DNA of 32,000 bases, from contig NC_007484.1 of NCBI RefSeq assembly GCF_000012805.1, positions 3,360,001-3,392,000 on the forward strand, in the 5' to 3' direction. The position numbers and the translations under genes are program-made. Below are positions 1 through 9,097 of this stretch, one piece after another; the first letter of the stretch is position 1, and every line of letters begins with the position of its first letter. The DNA is from Nitrosococcus oceani ATCC 19707 (lineage in GTDB: Bacteria; Pseudomonadota; Gammaproteobacteria; Nitrosococcales; Nitrosococcaceae). The notes under the pieces were generated by a model. That model searched no databases, was not told the origin of the DNA, and saw only the letters and a program-made list of their open reading frames with translations.

Positions 1-395
1 GCCGGCCCTAGACCATACATACTTTTATATTCGAATTCTTCTGGAATATGCATGGCGGTCCGCAGACTTTCCACCGCTTCAGCGAGCACACCCGTTTTGT
101 GTTCCAGTTCCTTAACCTGAGCTTTTGTCTCTGCATTCTCCTCAGAAGTAGAGGTAGTTGTTTTTGTGGCTTCTTTAGTTTTCTCGGGTACTTCTTTAGA
201 AATTTCCGGATGAGCTTTCTCAGTTTCTAGGGGTTGGGATTTCGCTTTAAGCGCTTCAATTTCTTGTTGTTGCTGCTGAATGATCCGCCACATTTCTTCC
301 ATGGTTTGGGGCATTTCCGTCGCTCCCAAGGGTAAGCTTACAGCCAGTGTGAGCGCGGCTAACCCAACTCCCACTAAGCTTTCCTTCTTCCTCAC
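1..395 (-). CDS. Exported coiled-coil protein, N-terminal part only (gene runs off the window start); possibly a porin-type outer-membrane protein
   Basis: Absent from the ORF track because the window edge truncates it. GTG at 395 lies 8 nt downstream of an AGGA in GAGAGAGGA. The frame is open to position 1. Translation: VRKKESLVGVGLAALTLAVSLPLGATEMPQTMEEMWRIIQQQQQEIEALKAKSQ...AQVKELEHKTGVLAEAVESLRTAMHIPEEFEYKSMYGLGP. This shows a basic n-region, a hydrophobic core and an LGA cleavage-like site, then a Q/E/K-rich heptad-like stretch. The competing track ORF 256..450 (other frame) has no such features. Confidence 0.5.
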   Translation of the reverse strand, partial: MRKKESLVGVGLAALTLAVSLPLGATEMPQTMEEMWRIIQQQQQEIEALKAKSQPLETEKAHPEISKEVPEKTKEATKTTTSTSEENAETKAQVKELEHKTGVLAEAVESLRTAMHIPEEFEYKSMYGLGP

Positions 396-1215
396 TAATT
401 TTATCCTCTCTCGAAAACATTACGGCAATAGCCGAAAAAAAGTGGCACAATTAACATAAGATAAGGTTAAAATGCAAATTATTATCATTAGTTAACGCTT
501 TAACTTGTTAATTGAACGCTGGCATAAGGAATGGAGCTTATTAGGTTAACAACTAATTTTAAAAATTGCCCTACTCCTAATGAACTGGAAAGGCGCCCTG
601 TCAGCTGCAGGAGAAATTCTTCTCTCCAGAGAATCCCCAGCACCGGCTGTTCAAATTATCATCAGAGAAGATTAGCCTTTTAAGGATTCGAGGCTAGCCG
701 AGCCTTGGATTGAAGCCACCTCCATCCGGCTTCCGTCCAGTACTTATGGATTGATATAACTGTTATTTTCCACCAGGGACCAGAGCTGAAGCACCGTACC
801 GGGTAAATGTTCAGCTAGAAAGAAGAAACGCCAAGAGCTAGCAAGTCCTCTAGCCACGTCTCATCCTCGCTTCTAGTATTAGAAATTGGGCTTCGGAGTG
901 TTGCCGAGATTGTTGAGCATAAAGTCCCGGATAATAGCCGCTTTTACGCGCTCCTCCTAGTGCCCAGAGCGTGCATAAGGAGAGCAGGGAGGGTAGAGTC
1001 TCCGCAAACAGGGTGTAGGCTCCTCAATGGCAAATGGCCTGGATCGGCCCCGGCCCGGTGGCTTTCCTTAAACACCGCATCCCAACCCACCGTTAGCCCA
1101 AGTTTCGTGACATGCTCAGAATTATTATTTTATTTAATAAAATAATAGGGTAGATTAATAAAATCTTAAGAAGAACAGTATAAACCGCGAACAGAATGGA
1201 AAAAGGATAACGCTT

Positions 1216-1620
1216 ATGAGTATGAATTGGGGGATGGCCGCCGATGGTCTCGGTAAATTGATTTTGCGACTCACTCTGGGCATTTTGGTGCTGTTCCATG
1301 GGATCAACAAAATTACCTATGGTATTAGCGGGATCGAAGGCATGCTGCAAGGAATAGGCCTGCCAGCTTCCATCGCCTACGGGGTTTATATCGGCGAAAT
1401 ACTGGGTCCCATTCTTTTGTTGCTGGGTTGGTACGCTCGCCTTGGCGCTGGACTCATTGCCATTAACATGCTCTTTGCCCTTTTCCTGGCCCACCGCCCA
1501 GAACTTCTTAACCTGACTCCGCAGGGCGGCTGGGCTTTAGAACTGCAAGGAATGTTTTTATTTACTGCTCTGGCCTTAATTCTAACGGGCCCTGGCCGGT
1601 TTAGTCTCAACAATCGCTAA
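1216..1620 (+). CDS. DoxX family inner-membrane protein
   Basis: 134 aa with four hydrophobic segments. DoxX-like N-terminus (LGKLILRLTLGILVLFHGINK) and C-terminus (LALILTGPGRFSL). AAGGA SD about 9 nt upstream of the ATG. Confidence 0.85.
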   Translation: MSMNWGMAADGLGKLILRLTLGILVLFHGINKITYGISGIEGMLQGIGLPASIAYGVYIGEILGPILLLLGWYARLGAGLIAINMLFALFLAHRPELLNLTPQGGWALELQGMFLFTALALILTGPGRFSLNNR

Positions 1621-1635
1621 CGGGCGCGGGCACCA

Positions 1636-1666
1636 GGCGCTACTCTGGTAGGTCTAGAGTAGCGCC
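1636..1666. terminator. Perfect 11-bp stem hairpin between convergent genes (candidate bidirectional terminator)
   Basis: GGCGCTACTCT (1636-1646) and AGAGTAGCGCC (1656-1666) flank a 9-nt loop. It lies in the 47-nt gap between the DoxX stop and the R3H-ATPase stop. No clear U-tract on either side, so intrinsic termination is not assured. Confidence 0.4.
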
Positions 1667-1667
1667 G

Positions 1668-3158
1668 TCAAACCGGATGAATAATTAAATGACGCTGGGG
1701 CTCGCTACCTACGCTCTCCGCTAAGAGATGATGGCGGACCGCAAGGCGGTGCTGCAATTCCCGTATTGCTGCGGAGCGGGGTTGCAAAGCAGCCGTCACA
1801 CCTTCTTCCATCACTTGCTTAATAGCCGCTTCAGCTTCACTCACCGCCGTATCCACCTCGTCCCTCGGCACTCCATGAAGGATATTAAGCACATTCTGCA
1901 GCAAACGCCGAATTTGAGCAGTAGTATTCTTTTTTACGACGTAAAGGGGCAATCGAGTCGCTTGCAGTAGCCGCCGTAAACGGGCATCTTCCGCCCGGGA
2001 GCGAAGCGCTATAATAAAATCAGCTTGCTCGGGATTTTTGACTGTCCGGGCTTCCAGCCGCAAATCACGAATTACCCGCTCTACCGTATCGCGACTCAAG
2101 GCGTAGGGATGAATGCGAATTAGCCCTGTCTGGTTTTCTATCGAGACTGGCTTGGTCGATTCTGGGAGAGGGGACTTTTTGGGACTAAGAATCTCTTCCC
2201 CCTGCGGTGAACGCCGTATGCCACCAGGGCCAAGACCCCGGAGTAATTTATCTACTGCGCCGGCCGTATCAGGATGGACGATCATCACCTCACGATTGAC
2301 AATCTCTACCACAGCATCAAAGGTAGGAAGAGCTTTACGTTCCCGAATGGTTTTCTGGGTTCTCCGCAGTCGAGCTTCATCGTCGCCTAAGGTGACAGCC
2401 TGGACTCCCCCGACCAAATCGGCCAAAGTAGGATTCATCACCAGATTTTCTAGCGTGTTGCCATGGGCGGTGCCAATCAATTGTACGCCCCGCTCGGCGA
2501 TAGTTCGGGCTGCCGTGGCTTCGCTCGTAGTCCCAATTTCATCTACGATAATGACCTCCGGCATATGATTTTCCACCGCTTCAATCATGACCCCATGCTG
2601 CTGCTCAGGATGAGACACTTGCATCCGCCGAGCGCTACCAATAGCCGGGTGGGGAATATCTCCATCGCCCCCAATTTCATTGGAAGTATCGACAATGACC
2701 ACCCGCTTGCCAAATTCATCGGCCAACACCCGGGCGATCTCCCGTAGGCGTGTGGTTTTGCCCACTCCAGGCCGTCCCAGAAGCAACAGATTGTCCCCCC
2801 GTTCAATGAGATCTTGGATAAAATCAATGGTTCCCGCAACAGCTCGTCCTACCCGAAGGGTTAAGCCAATAATTTCTCCACGCCGGTTGCGTAAACAGGC
2901 AATGCGGTGCAAAGTTCCTTCAATACCAGCCCGGTTATCTGCGCTAAATTCCCCAACCAAAGCGACGACTCGCTCTAAATCTGCTGGACTCACCGGATCC
3001 GTGGCTAGATTAACTGCTCGCTCAGAAAACCGGGCCTGAGGAAGGCGGCCTACATCCATGATAACTTCCAAAAGCTGGTGCGAGGGCAGCCCCTGCAAGG
3101 CAGCCCTCAAAACTGGCGGTAAAACTGCCAGAAGGGATTGTAAATCAGCGTTAAGCAT
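1668..3158 (-). CDS. AAA+/P-loop ATPase with C-terminal R3H nucleic-acid-binding domain (Ycf45 / SpoIIIAA-like)
   Basis: Walker A GRPGVGKTT, Walker B VIIVDEIG, and TAHG (sensor-like). C-terminal R-x3-H motif (RELQH) in ...AAIRELQHRLAVRHHLLAESVGSEPQRHLIIHP. The track ORF starts at TTG 3200. I prefer ATG 3158 (MLNADLQSLLAVLPPVLRAAL) because that is where Ycf45-type proteins begin, as far as I recall. Confidence 0.85.
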   Translation of the reverse strand: MLNADLQSLLAVLPPVLRAALQGLPSHQLLEVIMDVGRLPQARFSERAVNLATDPVSPADLERVVALVGEFSADNRAGIEGTLHRIACLRNRRGEIIGLTLRVGRAVAGTIDFIQDLIERGDNLLLLGRPGVGKTTRLREIARVLADEFGKRVVIVDTSNEIGGDGDIPHPAIGSARRMQVSHPEQQHGVMIEAVENHMPEVIIVDEIGTTSEATAARTIAERGVQLIGTAHGNTLENLVMNPTLADLVGGVQAVTLGDDEARLRRTQKTIRERKALPTFDAVVEIVNREVMIVHPDTAGAVDKLLRGLGPGGIRRSPQGEEILSPKKSPLPESTKPVSIENQTGLIRIHPYALSRDTVERVIRDLRLEARTVKNPEQADFIIALRSRAEDARLRRLLQATRLPLYVVKKNTTAQIRRLLQNVLNILHGVPRDEVDTAVSEAEAAIKQVMEEGVTAALQPRSAAIRELQHRLAVRHHLLAESVGSEPQRHLIIHPV

Positions 3159-3200
3159 TTTTAAATTCAATAAATTACAGTGGGTTATTGAGTTACTCAA

Positions 3201-3254
3201 CTGGGACCTAAATGCTCTTCTAAGGTTCCCTGTTCAAGCTCCTGGGACCCAAAT
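3201..3254. repeat. 13-nt direct repeat CTGGGACC(T/C)AAAT x2 in the divergent promoter region
   Basis: ctgggacctaaat at 3201-3213 and ctgggacccaaat at 3242-3254 (12/13 identical, starts 41 nt apart). They lie between the R3H-ATPase and STAS genes. The function as an operator is purely conjectural. Confidence 0.25.
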
Positions 3255-3410
3255 TACCCTACGACAAAATCATCAGAGCCAAAGGGGTGTAACATACTCA
3301 AGTGTAATTTTCTATCATTTGGCGCTATAGTTATATCAATCAGCCGCTTCTCCTTCCATGTAGTTTTAATTTATTAGAGAAGAGACCATTTTTCCAACTT
3401 GGAGATGCCT

Positions 3411-3746
3411 ATGAATCTACACACGGAAAAAACCAACGGGGCCGTGGTCCTCTACATCAAGGAAAAACGCCTCGATGCCCACAACTCGGGGGAATTAAAG
3501 GATCGAATGTTAGAGTTAGGGGAAGGCGGAAAAGTCTATCTGATCGTGGATTTAGAAGAGGTCCGGTTTATTGACAGCTCTGGTCTTGGTGCATTGCTAT
3601 CGGGGCATAAAAATACAACCCTTCGGAATGGAAGCTTTAAATTGTGTGGCCTTCAATCCCAAGTACAATCAATGTTCGAGCTTACCCGCTTGCACCGGGT
3701 CTTTGATATCTATCCTTCCGTTCAGGAAGCCCTCGGCAACAACTAA
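3411..3746 (+). CDS. STAS-domain anti-sigma-factor antagonist (SpoIIAA/RsbV family)
   Basis: About 111 aa with RFIDSSGLGALL. The SpoIIAA Ser58-equivalent codon AGC is at 3576-3578. GGAG at 3401-3404 is 6 nt before ATG 3411 (the track ORF begins at TTG 3399). Confidence 0.9.
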   Translation: MNLHTEKTNGAVVLYIKEKRLDAHNSGELKDRMLELGEGGKVYLIVDLEEVRFIDSSGLGALLSGHKNTTLRNGSFKLCGLQSQVQSMFELTRLHRVFDIYPSVQEALGNN

Positions 3747-3759
3747 CAGCGAGGTTGCC

Positions 3760-4185
3760 ATGTGTAACGGAGATATTCAACTAGAAATTAGGATTCCCAA
3801 TAAAACCTGTTATCTTGGTTTTATTGGAGAAATCGGCGAAAAAGTCGCTAACGAGCTAGCTCGCTATACCGGTGACCGCACGGCGCTCGCCTACCATCTA
3901 AACTTGGCTCTTACCGAAGCCTTAGTCAATGCGATTGAGCACGGAAACACAGATGATCCGGATCAAACCGTCCGGGTATCAATTCAAGTTTTACCTGATC
4001 AATTATGCATTGAGGTCTACGATCATGGACAAGGCTTTGATCTGGACCAGGTGGGGGCACCCGACCTAGAATATCCTAGGGAACGAGGACGGGGCATTTT
4101 TTTAATCAAGTCTATTATGGATTCAGTAAATTACCAGAAAATTAACGGTGGCAATGTATTAGAAATGAGGAAAAAACTCGATTGA
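3760..4185 (+). CDS. Anti-sigma regulatory factor, serine-protein kinase (RsbW/SpoIIAB-type GHKL ATPase)
   Basis: 141 aa from ATG 3760, with GAGG 5 nt upstream, 13 nt after the STAS stop. N-box TEALVNAIEHGN, G1 YDHGQGFD, G2 RGRGIFLI. The longer track ORF (from 3571) would overlap the STAS gene out of frame. Confidence 0.9.
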   Translation: MCNGDIQLEIRIPNKTCYLGFIGEIGEKVANELARYTGDRTALAYHLNLALTEALVNAIEHGNTDDPDQTVRVSIQVLPDQLCIEVYDHGQGFDLDQVGAPDLEYPRERGRGIFLIKSIMDSVNYQKINGGNVLEMRKKLD

Positions 4186-4312
4186 GTCGCTTATTCCTAA
4201 TCTTCGGCTATTATCGCAAGCTCGCCTTGTCTCATTTGGCAGGCGCTTTATTGCCTTTATATCAAAAGATACGCCAGCGTTCTATAATACAAACCTTCCC
4301 CTTTATATTTCT

Positions 4313-7300
4313 ATGAAAATTTTTGTGGAAGTCCGTGAATCCCGGGCAACCTATAGCGATCACGAAAAAAAAATAAACGAGATCCATTCATTTTTAGAGC
4401 AGCAGAGTAAAATTCATGGAAAACGATTTCTTAAAGCGCTTGCCACAATACTTATTACTCCTGACTCTTTTCTTCTTTCTATTCCCACTTATCACCTAGC
4501 TTCTTTGATAACAGATTTTTTTGATCTCATTGAGGCACGGGGAAAAAAAATTGCAGCACATTGTTTTCCCTTTCCGGAGAAAACCGGTACGTTATTGCTG
4601 ATAAGCTCGCCCTATGCTTCCTATCTAGTAGAATCCCTCGGGGCTTCAAAAGAAGCACAAGATATCGACTTTCATCTCATGGCCTACCATGCCTTGATGA
4701 TAAAACGTCGTGACAGGAAAATTATTGACTTGGGAACAGCTGATAAGTCTGGTCCCAAAGAGTCATTGATCCTTCTAAAGCTTGAAGATATTAATGAAAA
4801 AAAATTCCAAGATTTTGCTGCGACTATTCAAAAAATAGTCTCAAAAACTTTACAAGTCCAAAGTGATAAGGAAAATATTGCTGCCCAGGTTAGGCAATTA
4901 GAGCAGGCGCCGTCCCTTCAAGCATGGAAAAGTTTTTTAATTTGGTGCCAACAAGGCGCTTTTATTCCATTTTCCTATCATTGCTTTATCGTAAATTCTC
5001 AATCCGGTAAAAAAATTGTTATTCAAGAACAAAATGATAAACGTTTGGGATTACCCTTTGACTCCCTATTAGAATCAACAAAAGAAGAAAACGTTTCTTC
5101 CTTATTAACTATTTTGAATCCTGAAGAGATTCAGCGGGAATTACCAGTTCTTGTTCAGAAAACTAGGATAAAAAGTCCCCTTTACCATTCCGAATACTTA
5201 ACCTATATGGGCATTAGAGAACCTCTGGAAAAAGGGCAAATCAAGGAACATGCTTTGATAGGCTTGTTTTCTGAGAAAGCATTCGCTGGCGATACCATGA
5301 ATATTTCTGCATTGCGAGATAAAGCAGAGCAAAGCTTAAAACAGTTACGTCTGCTTACCGTAGACCACGAATACAATAAGCTTATTGAGTTACTCCATTT
5401 TTTCCCTAAAGTAGAGCTCTTTTTTATGGGCGAGGTGCAATTACAAATTATCGCTCGCTCCTTGCTGCCTTTTCTTTACCGCTCAGACACGGTTAAGCTA
5501 CTGATCCTTGCAAGCCCTAGCCCTACCCGAATCTCGACTCTTATTCTTATTCCCCAAGGATTTTTCGATGAATCCCATTTAAGAGACATGGAGATTTATC
5601 TCTGCCAAGAGCTTGCGGCCATCCTTGAAAATTCCCAGCTGATTCGGGGAATCCACAGCCATTATATCGGCTTACACTTGACTTTAATTCCCCAAAAGGA
5701 AGAAGTGCTTATTCCTCTTGAACAGCTAGAAAATACCCTCACCCGAATTGCTAAACCCTGGAATTATAAACTTCAAGTGTTGCTAGAACAGGCGATGGGA
5801 AAAGAACAAGGGGAGGTTTTATGGAATAAATATGGTAAAGGATTTTTACCAGAATATCAGGTATTAACTCCGCCCCAAGCAGCTCTCCAAGATATCAAGG
5901 GATTAGAACGCGTCCTAGAAACGGGGCAACAATTCATTGATTTATGGGAATCCCCTTACGAACTATCCAAGGAACATTATCGTCTTCAGTTTTATAGCTC
6001 TCAGGAGAGCTTGCTTGATGAACTCATGCCGGTGTTAAAAAATTTGGGTTTAAGAGTAATCGATCAGGTTCGATTTACCCTTGAAGTAGAAAACCGCGGA
6101 TTTTTTATCAAAAGTTTTTCTATAAAAGCCGCCAAAGAAACGGCTAAGCCGCTTTCTTCCCTGCGCGTTCCGCTTCTAGACGCCTTAGGCGCTTTGTTCC
6201 GCGGCGAAGTAGACGATGATCCCTTGAATGAACTGTTGGTACTGACTGGACTCTCCTGGAAGGAAATCGATATATTCCGCAGCTATCGGAATTACTACTT
6301 TCAACTTGGCACACATTTTACCCTCTCCCGTTTCCACCAATCCCTTAGCCATAATCCCCAAGTGGCCTTGCTTTTATGCCGCTATTTTGAGGCCCGGTTT
6401 CGCCCCGACCCTCAATGGGACGATCCGGTGCGACGGGAAGAGGAAGGACTACTTCCTATCCGTCTGGAACTAGCTACCGCCCTCAAGTCGGTTACAGACG
6501 TCAATGAAGATCGTATTCTGCGGACTCTATTTAATCTTATTGATGCTACCGTACGCACCAACTTTTATTACCGGCATAAACAAAGGGATTACTTTCTTTC
6601 TTTCAAGATTAGCAGCTTAGGCGTTATTGATATGCCCCCTCCTAGGCCCCTGTACGAAATCTATATCCATTCCGCCACTGTGGAAGGGATTCATTTGCGC
6701 GGTGGACGGGTGGCGCGGGGGGGGCTTCGCTGGTCGGATCGTCCCGATGACTTCCGAACCGAGATCCTCGGGTTGATGCGCACCCAAATGATGAAAAATT
6801 CACTCATTGTTCCAGTGGGTGCCAAAGGAGGTTTTATTGTAAAGCGCTCCTTTAGTTCCCGCGAGGAAGGGGCAAAACTAGCTAAACAGGCCTATATTAC
6901 CTTTATCCAGAGCCTCCTCGATCTTACCGATAATCGGGAAGGAAGCCAGGTTGTCCGCCCCCCCAAAGTGGTTGCCTATGACGAAGATGACCCTTACCTG
7001 GTCGTTGCCGCCGATAAAGGCACGGCTCATCTGCCCGATACCGCCAATGAGGTTGCTCAGGAGTATCATTTCTGGCTGGATAGTGCCTTCGCCAGTGGGG
7101 GCGCCTTTGGATACCATCATAAGAAGTTGGGAATCACAGCTCGTGGCGCCTGGGAGTGCGTAAAGCGGCATTTTCGTGAGCTAGATCTTGATATTCAAAC
7201 CCAACCCTTTACCGCTATAGGCATTGGTAGCATGGACGGGGATGTTTTTGGCAATGGCATGCTACTCTCCCGCCAGATACGCTTACTAGCCGCCTTTGGA

Positions 7301-9097
7301 CCCGGGCATATTTTTATTGATCCCGAGCCAGACCCGGAAGTTTCCTATAGAGAACGGAAAAGATTATTTAAGCTACCCGGTTCCTCCTGGAACGACTATG
7401 ACGACACCTTGATTTCCGAGGGAGGAGGCATTTTCCCTCGCCGGGCTAAGGATATTCCTCTTTCCCCCCAAGTGCGCTACTTGCTAAAGACGCGGCACCT
7501 ATCCATGGATGGTGAAGGACTGATTCGCTTACTCCTGACAACCCCGGTTGATCTGCTCTGGTTTGGAGGTATCGGCACCTATGTCAAAGCGAGTACAGAA
7601 AAACACATCGAGGTGGGTGACCGCACCAATGACACGGTCCGAGTCGATGCTTCACAACTACAAGCGCGGGTAGTAGGCGAAGGTGCCAACTTGGGTTTTA
7701 CTCAAAGGGGACGCATCGAATACGCCTTAGGAGGCGGTCGTATCAATACGGATGCCATTGATAATTCCGGCGGCGTGGATCTTTCCGACCATGAGGTTAA
7801 TCTCAAGATCTTTTTTAATCACTTGAGAGAAAGAAAAATCATCTCTTCTGAGGAAGAACAAAATCACTGGCTCGAGAAGGTCAAGGAAGAAGTATGCCAG
7901 CAGGTGCTAGCCAACAATTATAGTCAAAGTCTATGCTTATCCCTTGATCGGGAGCGCTACCTGCGGGACACCGAGCCTTTTATGGAGCTAGCGGATCGCT
8001 TAGAAAATTCTGGCTTACTTGATCGTCTTTCCGATACATTTCCCTATCGCAAGGAAGTCTTGGCGAGGCATGGGGAGGGTTTGACCCGTCCCGAGCTGGC
8101 TGTTCTGGTATCCTATAGCAAGACGCAACTTTACCAAATTCTTTTAGAGCAACCAGATATTTTGTCCGAGCCGTTTCTGCAAGAGTTTGCTATTAGCTAT
8201 TTTCCCCGGGCCATAAACGAGCAGTTCGGTAACCATATATACGATCATCCTCTAGGGAAGGAAATTACGGCGACTATTTTATGTAACACCATTATTGACC
8301 ACACAGGGTGCTCTTTTCTTACCTGGGTAGAAGAATTAAAAGATATTCCTATTGCCCATCACCCTATGGTAGCTTATTTAGTATTCAATAAAATCCTAGA
8401 AGGAAATACCCTACGTACCCAAATTTATGCTTTAGATACCATCATTCCTGCTTCTCGTCAGTATAGTTTATTATTACAGTTTGAAGATACACTAGCAAAT
8501 TTCTGCCACTGGAATCTGGCTAATAATAAACAAATTATTCCCAACGAAAAAACGCTATCTTCGTTCCATTATTATTTAGAGCAATATGAACTATACCAAG
8601 AAGAAACTTTGACTAAATCCGAAGATCAACCTTTTAAAGAAAGGGTAAGGAAGCTTATAGAGGAAGGTTTTTCAGCAAAAATTTCCCGCCGTATCGCTCT
8701 CTTAGATCGTCTCACAGACTTTCCTCTATTAGTAGAGCTTGCCAGTACTTCAGGAAAAGAGTTTTCTCTCGTAGTAAGTATTTACGAAGCGGTCTCCAAT
8801 TATCTGGGCTATTCCGAGGTAAAAGAGATTTTACACCAGGTACCCGTGCGTAATCGTTGGGAACATAGAGCGATAACCACATTCAGAGAACGGTTCGAAG
8901 TTTATCTATCAAACTTAGCTTTAGCCATACTAGCTGCCCCAGATCAGGGCATTGCTAATTTTTTCTCCACGACAACGCGTCAACAGAGATTATTACAGTA
9001 CCAAAGAATACGGGAAGAATTAAGGGAAACCCCTCCTACCGATTTGCTTCCCTTCACGGTGCTGAGCAGAAAGTTAGAAACCTTAATTCAAGGTTAA
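4313..9097 (+). CDS. gdhB: NAD-specific glutamate dehydrogenase, large (about 180 kDa) Bac_GDH type
   Basis: 1594 aa. The core shows hallmarks of the giant GDH family: RGGLRWSDRPDDFRTEILGLMRTQMMKNSLIVPVGAKGGF, VVAADKGTA, GITARGAWE, GDVFGNGML, NTDAIDNSGGVDLSDHEVNLKI. No obvious SD. A perfect TATAAT lies at 4283-4288, but the -35 is poor. Confidence 0.95.
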   Translation: MKIFVEVRESRATYSDHEKKINEIHSFLEQQSKIHGKRFLKALATILITPDSFLLSIPTYHLASLITDFFDLIEARGKKIAAHCFPFPEKTGTLLLISSPYASYLVESLGASKEAQDIDFHLMAYHALMIKRRDRKIIDLGTADKSGPKESLILLKLEDINEKKFQDFAATIQKIVSKTLQVQSDKENIAAQVRQLEQAPSLQAWKSFLIWCQQGAFIPFSYHCFIVNSQSGKKIVIQEQNDKRLGLPFDSLLESTKEENVSSLLTILNPEEIQRELPVLVQKTRIKSPLYHSEYLTYMGIREPLEKGQIKEHALIGLFSEKAFAGDTMNISALRDKAEQSLKQLRLLTVDHEYNKLIELLHFFPKVELFFMGEVQLQIIARSLLPFLYRSDTVKLLILASPSPTRISTLILIPQGFFDESHLRDMEIYLCQELAAILENSQLIRGIHSHYIGLHLTLIPQKEEVLIPLEQLENTLTRIAKPWNYKLQVLLEQAMGKEQGEVLWNKYGKGFLPEYQVLTPPQAALQDIKGLERVLETGQQFIDLWESPYELSKEHYRLQFYSSQESLLDELMPVLKNLGLRVIDQVRFTLEVENRGFFIKSFSIKAAKETAKPLSSLRVPLLDALGALFRGEVDDDPLNELLVLTGLSWKEIDIFRSYRNYYFQLGTHFTLSRFHQSLSHNPQVALLLCRYFEARFRPDPQWDDPVRREEEGLLPIRLELATALKSVTDVNEDRILRTLFNLIDATVRTNFYYRHKQRDYFLSFKISSLGVIDMPPPRPLYEIYIHSATVEGIHLRGGRVARGGLRWSDRPDDFRTEILGLMRTQMMKNSLIVPVGAKGGFIVKRSFSSREEGAKLAKQAYITFIQSLLDLTDNREGSQVVRPPKVVAYDEDDPYLVVAADKGTAHLPDTANEVAQEYHFWLDSAFASGGAFGYHHKKLGITARGAWECVKRHFRELDLDIQTQPFTAIGIGSMDGDVFGNGMLLSRQIRLLAAFGPGHIFIDPEPDPEVSYRERKRLFKLPGSSWNDYDDTLISEGGGIFPRRAKDIPLSPQVRYLLKTRHLSMDGEGLIRLLLTTPVDLLWFGGIGTYVKASTEKHIEVGDRTNDTVRVDASQLQARVVGEGANLGFTQRGRIEYALGGGRINTDAIDNSGGVDLSDHEVNLKIFFNHLRERKIISSEEEQNHWLEKVKEEVCQQVLANNYSQSLCLSLDRERYLRDTEPFMELADRLENSGLLDRLSDTFPYRKEVLARHGEGLTRPELAVLVSYSKTQLYQILLEQPDILSEPFLQEFAISYFPRAINEQFGNHIYDHPLGKEITATILCNTIIDHTGCSFLTWVEELKDIPIAHHPMVAYLVFNKILEGNTLRTQIYALDTIIPASRQYSLLLQFEDTLANFCHWNLANNKQIIPNEKTLSSFHYYLEQYELYQEETLTKSEDQPFKERVRKLIEEGFSAKISRRIALLDRLTDFPLLVELASTSGKEFSLVVSIYEAVSNYLGYSEVKEILHQVPVRNRWEHRAITTFRERFEVYLSNLALAILAAPDQGIANFFSTTTRQQRLLQYQRIREELRETPPTDLLPFTVLSRKLETLIQG

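Noticed and set aside
256-450. 64-aa track ORF on the minus strand
   Set aside because: A different frame starting at GTG 395 encodes a textbook signal peptide and stays open to the window edge. The 64-aa frame has no SD and no recognisable features.
840-1090. Possible ABC-transporter ATPase 3' remnant (minus strand, ...GGARKSGYYPGLYAQQ)
   Set aside because: The resemblance covers only about 15 residues, is recalled from memory, and the frame is interrupted by stops. That is too weak to call a pseudogene; it is kept only as a note within the finding on the non-coding gap.
2113-3039. Plus-strand ORFs (151, 94 and 119 aa) antisense to the R3H ATPase. Similar antisense ORFs lie inside doxX, gdh, the PAS-PP2C gene, the decarboxylase, coaBC, algC, argB and the TauE gene.
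   Set aside because: These are classic shadow ORFs of strongly supported genes. They are Arg/Ser/Pro-rich with no independent signals.
3571-3759. Longer 204-aa version of the kinase ORF starting at 3571
   Set aside because: The extra 63 codons overlap the STAS gene out of frame and encode a low-quality peptide. ATG 3760, with GAGG 5 nt upstream, gives the standard approximately 140-aa RsbW/SpoIIAB size.
4237-4254. Sigma54-like TGGCAG ... TTGC element between the kinase gene and gdh
   Set aside because: The GG (4238-4239) and GC (4253-4254) dinucleotides are 15 nt apart instead of the canonical 12. No enhancer-binding-protein gene is nearby.
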